A stretch of 64,000 bases of DNA from Squalus acanthias. Lineage: Eukaryota. Made by a program: the position numbers and the translations under genes. The DNA lies in assembly GCA_030390025.1 (NCBI GenBank), contig CM059449.1, positions 33,604,001-33,668,000 of the forward strand. The letters are read 5' to 3'. A model generated the notes under the pieces. That model saw only the letters and a program-made list of their open reading frames with translations, searched no databases and had not been told where the DNA came from. Positions 35,715-49,197 of the stretch are shown piece after piece (positions within the stretch are counted from its first letter, which is position 1; each line of letters starts with the position of its first letter).

Positions 35715-37102
35715 GTGCATCTTGTAGATGGTACACACTGCAGCCACGGTTCGCCGGTGGTGGAGGGAGTGGACCTTTAAGGTGGTGGATGGGGTGCCAA
35801 TCAAGCGGGCTGCTTTGTCCTGGATGGTGTAGAGCTTCTTCAGTGATGTTGGAGCTGCACTCATTCGGGCAAGTGGAGAGTATTCCATCACAGTCCTTAG
35901 TTAAGCCTTGTAGATGGTAGAAAGCCTTTGGGGAGTCAGGAGGTGAGACAGTCGCAGCAGAATACCCAGCCTCTGACCTGCTCTTGTTGCCACAGTATTT
36001 ATGTGGCTGGTCCAGTTAAGTTTCTGGTCAATGGTGACCTCCAGGTTGTTGATGGTGGGGGATTGGCGATGGTAATGACATTGAATGTCAAGGGGCGGTG
36101 TTTAGACTCTCGCGTGTTTGAGATAGTCATTGCCTGGCACTTCTGTGGCGCGAATGTTACCTGCCACTTATCAGCCCAAGCCTGAACGTCGTCCAGGTCT
36201 CGTTGCGTGCGGGCATGGACTGCATCATTATCTGAGAAGCTGTGAATGGCACTGAACACAGTGCAATCATATGCGAACATCCCCATTTCTGACCTTATGT
36301 TGGAGGGATGTTCGTTGATGAAGCAGCTGAAGATGGTTGAGCCTAAGACACTGCCCTGAGGAACACCTGCAGTGATGTCCTGGGGCTGTGATGATTGACA
36401 TTCAATCACCACAACCATCTTACTTTGAGCTAGGTATGACTCCAGCCAGTGGAGAATTTCCCCCCCCCGATTCCCATTTACTTCAGTTTTACTAGGGCTT
36501 CTTCATGGCACACTTGGTTAAATGCTGCCTTGATGTGAAGGGCAGTTACTCTCACATCACCTCTGGAATTCAGCTCCTTTGTCCATGTTTGGCCCAAAGC
36601 TGTAATGAGGTCGGCAGCCGAGTGGTCTTGGCGGAACCCAAACTGAGCATCAGTGAGCATGCTATTAGTGAGTAAGTGCCGCTTGATAGCACTGTCGATG
36701 ACACCTTCCATCACTTTGCTGATGATTGAGAGTAGACTGACGGGGCAATAATTGGTCGGATTGGATTTGTCCTGCTTTTTGTGGACAGGACAAGCCTGAG
36801 CAGTTTTCCATATTGTCGGATAGATGCGAGTGTTGTAGCTGTACTGGAACAGCTTGGCTAGAGGCGCAGCTACTTCTGGAGCACAAGTCTTCAGAAGGAT
36901 AGCCAGGATGTTCTCAGGGCCCATACCCTCTGCTGTATCCAGTGCACTCAGCAGTTTCTTGATATCACATGGAGTGAATCGAATTGATTGAAAACTGGGT
37001 TCTGTGATGGTGGGGACCGCACGAGTTGCCCAATAAGGATCAACCTCTCGGCACATCTGGCTGAAGAGGTTGCAAAAGCTTCAGCCTTGTCTTTTGCACT
37101 CA
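35715..37102 (-). mobile_element. LINE family B (CR1/L2 group) RT fragment
   Basis: PVHKKQDKSNP.NY.P.SL, QFGFR and GVPQGSVLG motifs. Confidence 0.9.
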
Positions 37103-37104
37103 AT

Positions 37105-40100
37105 ACCTGAAATCGTCGCCCTGAATGGGATCATCGACCTCAGTTTGCAACTTTCGGGAATCCTCTGCAGGAGATATCTCCTTCTAAAATCACTCCGCCT
37201 CAGAGTCATTGAGCTGGAGTGCGAGTTGAAGAAACTCCGACACATAAGGGAGAGGGAGCAATTTCTGGACAGTTTTATCCAGAATGCAGTCACAATCCAG
37301 AGGAAAGCATAGGTTCATCAAGGGAAGGGTGTGACTGCTCGGGAGCTGGGTAGCGGGGAGTTGGAGTGTTTGGCAAGGTGGTCCCAAAGTAACTGGTCCT
37401 GTCCAACAGGTACGAAGCACTCACTACCTGTGAGGACAAGGAGAAAGACTGCAGGGAGGCAAGCCACAATGCAGACCAAGGCACCGTGGCTCAGAAAGCT
37501 GTCCAAGGGGAGTAAGAACAAAATAGAAATGTGGTAGTGATAGGGACTCTATAATTAGGGGGATAGATCGCGCCCTCTGCAGCCAAGAACGAGAATCATG
37601 AAGGGTATGGTGCCAGGGTAAGGGATATCTCACGGCGTCTGGAGAGGAACTTGGAAAGGGATGGGTTAAATCCATTTGTCGTGATCCATGTTGGAACAAA
37701 CGGCATAGGTATGAACAGGGCGGAGGTCCTGCTGAAAGAGTATAAGGAGCTGGGCTCTAAATTAAAAAGCAGGACCAGAAGGGCAATAATCTCTGGATTA
37801 TTGCCCGAGCCACATGCAAATTGGCATAGAAGCAGACAGATCAGGAGAAATGACACGTGGGTAAAGGCTGGTGTGGGAAAGAGCGGTTCCTTTTCATGGG
37901 ATACTGGCACCAGTTCTGGGACAGGAAGGAACTGTATCGATGGGACAGGCTCCACCTGAACTGGGATGGGACCTGTGTCCTAGCAGAAAGTGTAAATAGT
38001 AAGGTAGAAGAGGCTTTAAACTAGCAATATGGGGGAGAGATCTCCAAGAAACGTAACCAGCCTAATTGTAAACAAAGCAGGAAAAGAGAGCATAGGAAAG
38101 AATAAAGTAAGGGAGGACTTTGGCGGCAAGGGAATAAATAGACTTATAGATCAGGAGCCTAAAAAGATCGTTGAACATAAAGGAAATCCTATTAAAAAGG
38201 AGTTAAATAGTCTGTTCAGCGATGCGCACAGTGTCCGTAATAAAATGTGGGAGCTGGAGGCAATCATGCATTGCGAAGAACCAGACATAGTAGGGATTAC
38301 TGAGACATGCCTACAGAAAAATCAGGACTGGGAATTAAAAATTGCAGGGTATAACATATTTAGAAAAGATAGAGAGCGAAAAAAGGGAGGTGGAGTTGCT
38401 GTACTTATTAGGGATAACATAATGTCAGTAGAAAAAAAGTGACGCAGCTATCAGAAAGACAAATTAGAATCCATATGGATGGAGAAAAAAGATAATAAAG
38501 GATCAATAACACTAATAGATGTAATCTACAGACCAGCAAATAGTGGAAGGGAGGTGGAGGAAGAAATATGCAGACAAAATAGGGAAATGATTAAAAAACA
38601 TAGAATAATAATCATGGGAGATTTCAATTACCCCATATTAATTGTACTGAATTGGTAGGTAAAGGGGATGATGAAATCGAGTTCCTACAATGTATACAGC
38701 ACTCCTTTCGAACCCAATATGCAAAAAGCCCAAAAGGGAGGATTTGTTATTGGATCTAGTAATGGGGAATGAACCAAAGCATACAAGAGAAGTAAAAATT
38801 GGGGAAAACCTTTGTAATAGTGACCATAATATAATTCGCTTTAAGATGATAATTGAGAAGGATATAAGTATGATGAAAAACCAAGGTAATAGATTGGAGT
38901 AAAGCTGATTTTGAGGGGCAGAGAATAGAACTTGGGAAAATAAAATGTGCAACAATATTGGCAAACAACGATGTAGAACAGCAATGGGAAACATTTAAAA
39001 TGGTGTTCAACAGAGTGCAGGAACAATATGTTCTGCTAAAAGAAAAGAACAAGCGAAACACTATTGCGATTTAATGGATGAATAAAGCCTGAAGGGAACA
39101 ATTAAGGGTAAGGAAAGAGGCATAAAATAAGTACATAGACAACAGGGGAGTGCATGATAAGGGAGGACACGAAGAGATTCGGAAAGAAGTAAAAAAAATA
39201 GGAAGGCAAAGAGGAACTATGAAACTAAATTATCAAGGAACATAAAACAAAATAGTAAAATATTTTATATGCTCGTGAATAAAAAAGAAACTTGCAATGT
39301 TAATAGAGCCATGAAGGGATAGACAGGTTAATAGCACCTGTAACGATAGAGAGCTGGCAGAAATATTAAATAATTATTTTGCTGCAGTTTTTACATGGGA
39401 GATAGAACAGATTAACATGACGTTGGATGATGAGATTAGTAATGAGATAAGTGCAGTTAGAATAAATAGAGGGGATATATTGTATAAGCTGAACAAACTC
39501 AAAGATGATAAAACCCCCGGTCTGGATGGATTGCATCCACACATTTTTTTAAAGAATCTAGGGAAGAGATAACAGGCATTACTACACATATTTAATAATT
39601 CGTTAAAACAAGGTATAGTGCCAGAGGACTGGCAGATAGCGAACGTAATACCAATATTTAAGAAGGGGGATAGAACATGTCCAGGGAATTATAGACCAGT
39701 CAACTTAACATCGGTGGTAGAAAAATTTATGATATCCCTACTAAAGGGGAAAATAGATGAACATATAGAAACCAAAATCATAGTAATCAATAGTCAGCAT
39801 GGATTTCAAAAGGGAAAGTCTTGCCTGACCAACTTCATTGATTTTTTTAGAACAGGTAACAGAGACAGTAGACAATGGTAATGCAGCAGATGTAATTTAT
39901 CTAGATTTTCGAAAGGCCTTCGATAGGTTACCCCGTGATTGACTGATGAACAAAGTCAGAGAATGCGGAGTCAGGGGAAAAGTAGCATAATGGATAGCTA
40001 GCTGGCTTCAAGACAGAAAGCAGAGAGCAGGGTAAAAGGTAGCTATTCACAATGACAGAAGGTGGGTTGTGGTGTACCACAAGGATCAGTGTTGGAACCA

Positions 40101-41100
40101 CCATTTGTCACAATACATATTAACGATTTAGACTTTGGATTCAAAAACACATTTTATAACTTTGCGGATGACACCAAATTGAGGGAGGGGGGAAGTATAG
40201 TGAATACTGAGGAGGACTGCAACAAATTACCGGAGGACATTTATAAACTTGCAGAATCGGAATATAATTGGCAAATGAAGTGCAACACAGTTAAATGTAA
40301 GGTATTAGATTGTGTTAGGAAGAGTAGGGAAGTCACTTCTTACTTGGAGGGTGCGAGTCTCGGTGGAGTAGAGTAACAAAGGTTCTCGGAGAACAAATAC
40401 ACAAATCATTAAAAGTTGCGCCATAGGTTAGCAAGGCCATAAAGTAGCAAACCAAGCACTTGGGTATATTTCTAGAGGGATAGAATTGAAAAGTAGGAAA
40501 GTTATGCTAAACCTGTATCGAACCTCGGTTAGACCACACTTAGAGTACTGCATACAGTTCTGGTCGCCATATTATAAAAAGATATAGAGGCACTGGAGAG
40601 GGTAAAGAGAAGATTTACAAGGACGATACCAGCATGCGATGGTATACCTATCAGGAAAGGATGAACAGGTTGGGTCTCCTTACACTTGAAAAAATAAGGC
40701 TGAGGGGTGACCTAATAGAGGTCTTTAAATTATGAAAAGTTTTGATAGAGTGGATACAGAGATAATGTTTCCACTTGTGGGAAATATCATAACTAGAGCC
40801 CATCAAAATAAGATAGTCACCAAGAAATCCAATACGGAATTCAGAAGAAACTTCTTTACCCAAAGAGTGGAGAGAATGTGGAACTCGCTACCACAGGGAG
40901 TGGTTGATTCGCAAAGTATAGATGCATTTAAGAGGGGGGCTAGACAAGCATATGAGGGAGAATGGAATAGAGGGTTATGCTGAGAGATTTAGATGAGGAA
41001 AGACAGGAGGTGGCTCGAGTGGAGCATAAATGCCAGCATGGACTGGTGCGGCCGAATGGCCTGTTTCTCTTCCGTATATCCTATGTATCCCTATGTAATC
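37105..41100 (+). mobile_element. Near full-length degenerate CR1 LINE (ORF1 zipper/esterase, ORF2 APE+RT, tail)
   Basis: LRLRVIELECEL, VVIHVGTN, GITET, NYRPV, FADDTK and FFTQRV motifs; CCTATGTA tail repeats; many stops. Confidence 0.93.
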
Positions 41101-42428
41101 CTCATGTCGGTGGTTCTGTCTGGTTAACTGTCAGTTTCATCTTTGATCGGGTTGGGCCATTTGTTGCCAAAAGTTGCCAACAATATACTGCACTGAAGAC
41201 GCTGGGGCTGTGGTTAAAGCGGCGATGCGTTCCATGAGCGTTTCATGAAGTATTACAATCTACTTTGTATATGAACTTCGTGAAACAATGGAGAAAGTAA
41301 CATGCTCTTGCTATGTAATATAAAGCTTCTATAGCTTAACTATATGGGTAGAATTTTGTGGTAGGAATCTATTTTAACCCCATTAGATCCATTGGTTTTG
41401 ATTTTACTGCTGAATGCTCTGCTAATCAGACACATTGCACTTGCAACCAGAATGAGAAACGGTCTCCGAGGAAACGAGAAGAGTGAGAATCACAATGATC
41501 CAGTGATGGAGAATCGAAGAAAATGTATGTTTTTATTTCTCACCATATCAGGCATAAATACCTTTTATCGATGGTAAAATTCGAATCTTATGTATGTGTC
41601 CAATTTACAGATTCTCCATTTTTTAGCAGCAAATTATAGCGACTCATTCCCCGTCATAAAACTAGCTGGATATATTCATTGGACTTTGAGTTGCTGCACA
41701 AACACTTTTATTGATGGAGTTTCCAGAGTAAATTCAGAGATGAGTTGAAAAATATGAAAAAGCGTCCCCTGGCTCCAATACCGCATCATGTAATTAAGTT
41801 AAATAGCTGCACCATGTTAGAAAATGGGGATTTAATTTTGGGAAATACTGAAAAAGAGGCGGCATCAAATTACACGACCAGTATGCACCCACCCCCACCC
41901 CGCCTCCCCAATTTTACCTTCCATTGAATTAAATGGGCAAGAGAATCAGGCGTGCTTTATAAAGCCGGTCAAATTGGGTATCGACAATTTTCAAAATCGC
42001 CCCAAGTTAAAATTGTTCCCAATTGCATCCCTCCAAATATAACAGAGATACTTCAAAATGACCCATCACTTCCAAACTGATATGTCATATCAAAACTGAC
42101 CAGCACTCTCAAACTTTCCCATAACTCCCAGGCTTACCCATCACCCAAACTGACCCATCACCCACAAACTGACCATCATCACAAACTGAGCCCTCACCCA
42201 AACTGACCTATCAGCCCCAAACTGATCACGCACCCTAAACTGACCATCACCGCAAACTGAGCCTTCACCCCAAACTGATGACACACCCCAAACTGACCAT
42301 CACCCCAAACGGACCAGCACCTCATACTGAGCAGTCAACCCAAACTGACCATCAGCCCAAACTGAGCCCTCACCCCAAACTGACCTATGAACCCCAAACT
42401 GACCATCACCCCAAACTGACCACCTCCC

Positions 42429-43846
42429 CAGCACGTGAGTGCAAAAGACAAGGCTGAAGATTTTGCAAACAACTTCAGCCAGAAGTGCCGAGTGGATGAT
42501 CCATATCGGCCTACTCCCGAGGTCCCCACCAATACAGAAGTCATTCTTCGCCAATTCGGTTCACTCCACGTGATATCAAGAAACGGCTGAGCGCACTGGA
42601 TACAGCAAAAGCTGCGGGCCCGACGCCATCCCGGCTATCGTGCTGAAGTTTTGTGCTCCAGAACAAGCCACGCCTCTAGCCCAGCTGTTTCAGTACTGCT
42701 ACAACACTGGCATCTGTACGACAATGTGGAAAACTGCCCAGGTATGCCCTGTCCACAAAAAGCAGGACAAATCCAAACCGGCCAATTACTACCCCATCAG
42801 TCTACCCTCAATCATCAGCAAAGTGATGGAAGGTGTCATCGACAGTGCTATCAAGCGGCACTTACTCACCAATAACCTGCTCACTGATGCCCAGTTTGTG
42901 TTCCGACAAGACCACTCGGCTCCCGACCTCATTACAGCCTTGGTCCAAACATGGACAAAGGAGCTGAATTCCAGAGGTGAGGTGAGAGTGACTGCCCTTG
43001 ACATCAATGCAGCATTTGACCGAGACTGGCATCAAAGGAGCCCTAGTAAAACTGAAGTCAATGGGAATCAGGGGGAGAACTCTCCACTGGCTGGAGCCAT
43101 ACCTTGCACAAAGGGAGATAGTTGTGGTGGTTGAAGGTCAATTATCACAGCCTCAGGACATCGCTGCAGGAGTTCCTCGGCGCAGTGTCCTAGGCCCAAC
43201 CATCTTCAGCTGCTTCATGAATGACCTTCTTTCCAACATAAGGTCAGAAATGCGGGTGTTCGCTGATGATTGTACAGTGTTCAGCGCCATTCGCAAATCC
43301 ACAGTTAATAAAGCAGTCCATGCCCGCATGCAACAAAACCTGGACGACGTTCAGGCTTGGGCTGATATGTGGCAGGTAACATTTGCAGCACAGAAGTGCC
43401 AGGCAATGACTGTCTCCAACAAGCGAGAGTCTAACCACCTCCCCTTGACATTAAATGGGATTACCATCGCCGTGGCTGCAGTGTGTACCAGCTACAAGAT
43501 GTTCTGCAGCAATTCGCCAAGGCTTCTTCGGCTGCACCTCCCAAACCCGCGACCTCTTCCACCTAGAAGGACAAGGGCAGCAGGCGCGTGGGAACACCAC
43601 CACCTCGAAGTTCCCCTCCAAGTCACACATCATCCTGACTTAGAAGTATATCGCCGATCCCTCATCCTCGCTGTGTCAAAATCCTGGAACTCCCTACCTA
43701 ACAACACTGTGGCAGTACCATCACCACACGGACTGCAGCGGTTCAGGATGGTGGCTCACCACCTCCTTCTCAAGAGCAACTAGGGATGGGTAATAAATGC
43801 TGGCATTGCCAACGACGCCCTGATCGCATAAACGAATAAGAAAATT
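42429..43846 (+). mobile_element. LINE family B, 5'-truncated, internal deletion near 43470
   Basis: RT ORFs 42640-43134 and 42998-43783 (FADD motif); tail GGGATGGGTAATAAATGCTGG. Confidence 0.92.
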
Positions 43847-44794
43847 TAGCCTTCACCCCAAACTAACCCATCAACCCCATACTGACCATCACACTAAACT
43901 GACCCCTCAACCCAAGCTGACCTATTAAACCCAAATTGCGCATCACCCCGAAACTGCCCCATGAACCCCAAACGGATCCATCACCGCAAACTGACCGCTC
44001 CCCGAAACTGACCCATCAAGCACAAACTGACCCGTCACCCTCAAACTGACCCATAACCCCAAAACTGAGCCATCACCAGCAAACTGAGCCATCGCCACCA
44101 AAGTTTCACAGCACTTAACCCTTATCCAAAGCTACCCTTCAACCCGAATCTAACTGATCAACTCAAACTGATCAACTCACCTCAAACCGACACCTCATAC
44201 CAAACTGACCCCTCACCTCAAACTGTCTCTTCACCCACAAACTGATCCATCATCCCAATCTCACGCCTCACCTCAAACTGAACATTCCCCCCAAACTTAC
44301 CCATCACCCCAAACTTACCCATCACCCCAAGCTGAGCCATCACCCCAAACTGATCTTTGCCCCAAACTAACTCATCACTCCTAACTGTCCTCTCAACCCA
44401 ATCTATTCCATCATCCCAATCTAACCCATCACCTTCAAACTGACCCATTACAGCGACACACACCGATTACCCCAAACTGACCCATCACCCCTAACTGAAC
44501 CATCACTCCCAAACTGGCACATCTCTCCCAAACTGGGCTATCACCGTCAATTGGCCAGTCACTCCAAACGGACGCACCACCCCAATACTGGCCCATCATT
44601 CCAAACTGATCCATCACCCCAAACTGACTACTCATCTCAAACTGATCCTTCACCCCAAACTCGTTCATCACCCTAAGCTGACCAATCACCCACAAACTAA
44701 ACCATCACCCCAAACAGACCATTACCCCAAACTAACACATCACCCCAAACTGACCCATTACCCCAAACTGACCTCTCACCCTATTCTGATCCTT

Positions 44795-46153
44795 TGCCCT
44801 CAATCATCAGTAAAGTGATGGAAGATGTACTCGATAGTGCATTCAAGCAGCACTTTCTCACCAATAACCTGCTCGCTGATGCCCAGTTTTGATTCCAACA
44901 AGACCACTCGGCTTCCGACCTCATTACAGCCTTGCTCCAAAAATGGACAAAGGAGCTGAATTCCAGAAATGAGGTGAGAGTGAATACTCTTGACATCACG
45001 GCAGCATTTGACCGAGTGTGGCATCAAGAAGCAATAGTGAAACTGAAGTCAATGGGAATCGGGGGGAAAACGATCCACTGGCTGGAGACATACCTAGCAG
45101 AAAGGAAGATGGTTCTGGTGGTTGGAGGCCAATCATCACAGCCCCAGGATATCGCTGCAGTAGTTCCTGAGGGTAGTGCCCAAGGTCGTACCATCTTCTG
45201 CTGCTTCATCAATGACTTTCCCTCCAACATAAGGTCAGAAATGGGGATGTTCGATGATGACTGCACAGTGATCAGAGCCATTCACAACTCCTCAGATAAT
45301 GAAGCAGTCCATGCCCGCATGCAACAAGACATGGACGACCTTCAGGCTTGGGCTGATAATTGGCAGGTTATATTTCCCCACACAAATGCCAGGCAAAGAC
45401 TATCTCCAAAAAGCCAGAGTCTAACCACCACGCGTTTACATTCAACGGCATTGCCATCGCCAATCCCCCACCATCAACATCCTGGGGTCACCATTGACCA
45501 GAAACTTATCTGGACCAGCCATATATATACTGTGGCAACAAGAGCAGGTCAGAAGCTAGGTATTCCGCAGCGAATGTCTCACCTCCTGACACCCCAAATC
45601 ATGTGCACCATCTACAAGCCACAAGTAAGGAGTGTGATGGAAAACTATCCACTTGCCTGGATGAGTGTATCTCCAACAACTCTCAAGAAGCTCGACACCA
45701 TCCATCACAAAGCAGCCCGCTTGATTGGCAGACATTCCAGCACCTTAAACATTCACTCCCCCCACCACCAGCGTACCGTGGCAGCAGCGTGTAGCATCTA
45801 CTGCATGCACTGCTTTAACTCGCTGAGGCTTCTTCGGCACCACATCCAAAACCACGACCTCTTCCACCTAGAAGGACAAGGGCAGCAGACGCATGGGAAC
45901 ACCACCAGCTCCAATTTCCCCTTCAAGTCACACACCATCCTGACTTAAAAGTATATCGCCGTTCCTCCATCGTCACTGGGTCAAAATCCTGGCACTCCCT
46001 CCCTAACAACACTGTGGGAGTACCTTCACCACACGGACTGCTGCGGTACAAGGATGCGGCTCACTGCCTCCTTCTCAGGGGCAATTAGGGCTGGGCAATA
46101 AATGCTGGTCTTGCCAGCGACGCCCCATCCCATGAACAAATATATAAAAAAAA
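44795..46153 (+). mobile_element. LINE family B, 5'-truncated
   Basis: 338-aa ORF 44932-45948 (LDITAAFDRVWH); tail GGGCAATAAATGCTGG with A-rich end. Confidence 0.92.
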
Positions 46154-46549
46154 TAGCCTATCACCCCAAACTGACTCATCACCCCAAACTGACCTCTCAC
46201 CCCAATCTAATCCATCAACCACAATCTAACCCAACACCACCAAACTAACCCATCACCACGACACTGACCAATTACTCCAAACTGACCCATCACCCATAAC
46301 TTATCCATCGCTCCCAAACTGACATATTACCCCAAACAGCCCCATCACCAAGCAACTGACACATCATACACAAACTGACCCATCATTCAAAACTGAACAT
46401 CAACCCGAAACTGACCAATCAGACGCAAACTAAACATCACTCACAAACTATCAGATGAGTAACAGAGAAGAAGAGAGAGAGAGAACGAGAAACTCTGTGA
46501 CAGAGAAAAATTGAAACAGACAGAGCAACAGACATACAGAAATAGAGAC

Positions 46550-48885
46550 GTGGCCGAGCGGTCTGTACAGAGCGGGATTAAACGGAGTGGGCTTGAACAG
46601 AGTGTTTTAGTTGGGAATTTGGAAAGAGTGAGAATTCGTAGAAGAGGGGGAAGGAGTTGTTGCTGTTTGCCTACACTACTTGTACTGTTTTGTTTTACAG
46701 TTAGATTTTTAACTTCAGTACCTTAACTTAATCTAGATCACGTAAGTAGTCAAGAAACTACACTCTAAACTAAGTTGCCTAACTACAAATTTAAGTAAAT
46801 TTAATTAAATGAAATAAGGTCATATAGGGATGGCAGTGCAGGTGGTATGCCGCAACTGCAGCATGTGGGAGTTTGTGATCCAGGATAACCGCGTTTGCAG
46901 TAAGTGCCTGCATCTTGAGGAACTTCTTCTCTGAGTTTTTGAGCTGGAGTCTGAGGTGCAGATATTATGGGGCATCAGGGATGGGGAGAGTAACCTGGAA
47001 ACGTTGATCCAGAAGGCAGTCATATCCCTTAGGTTAGATAGTGGTACAGGTCTGGTTAGTGGTCAGGGACAGGAGGGTGCGACTGCAACTCAAGCATGTA
47101 AGGGGACCCCAGGTGCCGTGCTGGAGGAGCCTCAGTCTTCGCCCTTGTCCAACAGGTATGAGGTTCTTGATGCCTGTGTGGATGAGGGAAGAACCTGCAG
47201 GATGGATGAGAAAGCTGACCATTGCATCATGGTGCAGGAGGCCATTCAAGTGAGTGTAGTGAAAGGGAATGTAGTTGAGGTAGGGGACAGTATAGTCAGG
47301 GGGATAAGATACTGTTCTCTGCAGCTGCGACCGAGAGTTCTGAAGGTTGTGTTGCCTAACCAGTGCCAGGGTTAAAGACATCTCCTCGCGGCTGGAGAAG
47401 AACTTGGACTGGGAGGGGGAGGATGCTGTTGTCGTGGTCCACGGAGGAACCAGCGACATAGGTAGAACTAGGAATGAGGTGCTGCTGAGTGAGTTTGAGG
47501 ACCTAGGATACAAAATAAGAAGAAGAACCTCAAAGCTAATAATCTCTGGATTGCTACCTGAGCCACGCGAGATTGGCATGGGGCAAACAGATTAGAGGTT
47601 TAAATGCGTGGTTCAAAGAGTGGTGTGGGAGGAAGTGGCTTCAATTCATGGGGCACTGGCACCAGTACTGGGGAAAGAGAGAGCTGTTCCGTTGGGATGG
47701 TCTCCATTAATCCGGGCTGGGACCAGTGTCCTGGCGAACCGAATAACTTGGGCAGTAGACAGGGCTTTAAACTAATGATGGGGGGTGGTGGGGGGGATTT
47801 AGGAAAGCCTAAATTGAAAAGCAGCGAGAGAAATGTCAAGACTCTAGAGCAGAGTAGTTTTTTGGGTAAAACTAAGCAGAGTAGGTCAGGAAGGGACAGA
47901 GAGAGTAACAAATGTAAAAAGGCATCAGTGACTAAGTTAGCATCAGAGAAAAATAGAAATATGTCAAAGCTAAAGGCACTATATCTGATTGTGCGAAGCA
48001 TTCGCAACAAAGTAGATGAATTAATAGTGCAGATAGAAATTAACAGGTTTGATCTAAGAGCCATAACGGAGACGTGGTAGCAAAGTGGCCAAGGTTGGGA
48101 ACTAAATATTCCAGGACACTTTACTTTTAGAAGAGATGGGCAAAATGGAAAAGGAGGCGGGGTAGCTCAGATAATAAAGGATGGGATAAAGACAGTAGGG
48201 AGAAAGGATCCTAGCTCCGAATATCAAGAAGTAGAATCAGTTTGGGTGGAGTTAAGAAATAGCAAGGGGCAGAAAACATTGGTTGGAACTTTTTATAGGC
48301 CCCAAACAGCAGTTGTAATTTAGGGGAGAGTATCAATCAGGAAATTAGAGGCGCATGTAGCAAGGGTAATACAGTTATCATGGGGACTTTAATCTACATA
48401 TAGACTGTGCAAAACAAATTTGCAGTAATAGTGTGGAGGACGTATTCACGGAATGCATGCAAGGCAGTTTTCTAGATCAGTATGTTGAGGAACCCACTAG
48501 GGAACAGGCTATTTTAGATCTAGTATTGAGCAACGAGAAAGGGTTAATTAAGAACCTTATAGTGCAGAGGCCTTTAGGAACAAGTGACCATAGTATGATA
48601 GAATTTTACATTGATTTTGAAAGTGATTTAGTTAAATCCGAAACTAGGCTCTTAAATCTAAACAAAGCAAACCACGTAGGTGTGAGCGGCGAGTTGGCTA
48701 AGGTAGATTGGGAAACTACATTCAAAGTTATGACGGTAGAGAAGCAATGGCTAGCATTTAAAGAATCAATACATAATTTAGAGCAAATATACATTAATTT
48801 CAGGCACAAAAACTTCACAGAAAAAGTGGTCCAACCATGGCTAATAAGAGAAGTTAAAGTTGGTATTAGATCAAAGAGGGAATAT
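46550..48885 (+). mobile_element. CR1 LINE 5' half (5' UTR, ORF1 Cys-finger/zipper/esterase, APE)
   Basis: MAVQVVCRNCSMWE...VCSKCLHLEEL at 46830; VGDSIVRG; VVVHGGTSD; RSIRNK..AITETW. Confidence 0.92.
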
Positions 48886-49197
48886 TAGAGGGGTGGAGAT
48901 GTTTAGGATAGAATTCAAGAAATTAGGGTCTAGGCAGTTGCAGGATAACCGTCAGTAGTTGAGTAAAGAGGCCAGAATTGGTGGAGTGGAGGAGTTTACA
49001 GAGGTAGGGAGGGAGCCATGGAGTGCTTTGAAAACAAGGATGAGAGTTTTGAAATTGAGGCGTTGCCTGGCCGGGAAACAATGTAGGTCAGCAAGCACAG
49101 AGGTGAAGGGTGAACGTGACTTGGTGCGAGTTAGCATATGGGCAGCAAAGTTCTGGATGAGTTCAAGTTTATGGAGGGTAGATGATGGGAGGCCGTC
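48886..49197 (-). mobile_element. L2 LINE 3' ORF2 fragment
   Basis: KLELIQNFAA..LTRTKSRSPFTSVLADLH...FKTLILVFKALHG. Confidence 0.8.

Larger units (their letters stand above)
42050..46450. repeat. Degenerate 18-bp minisatellite (CACCCCAAACTGACCCAT)n in three blocks: about 42050-42428, 43848-44790, 46155-46450
   Basis: Units visible directly; blocks separated by two family B LINE copies. Confidence 0.92.

Noticed and set aside
42300-44695. (MGQFGV)n repeat protein ORFs on the minus strand
   Set aside because: These come from an 18-bp minisatellite with frequent indels and stops; no splice or codon-level evidence.
42050-46450. CRISPR-like array
   Set aside because: Head-to-tail degenerate units with no unique spacers, no cas genes, and a vertebrate context.
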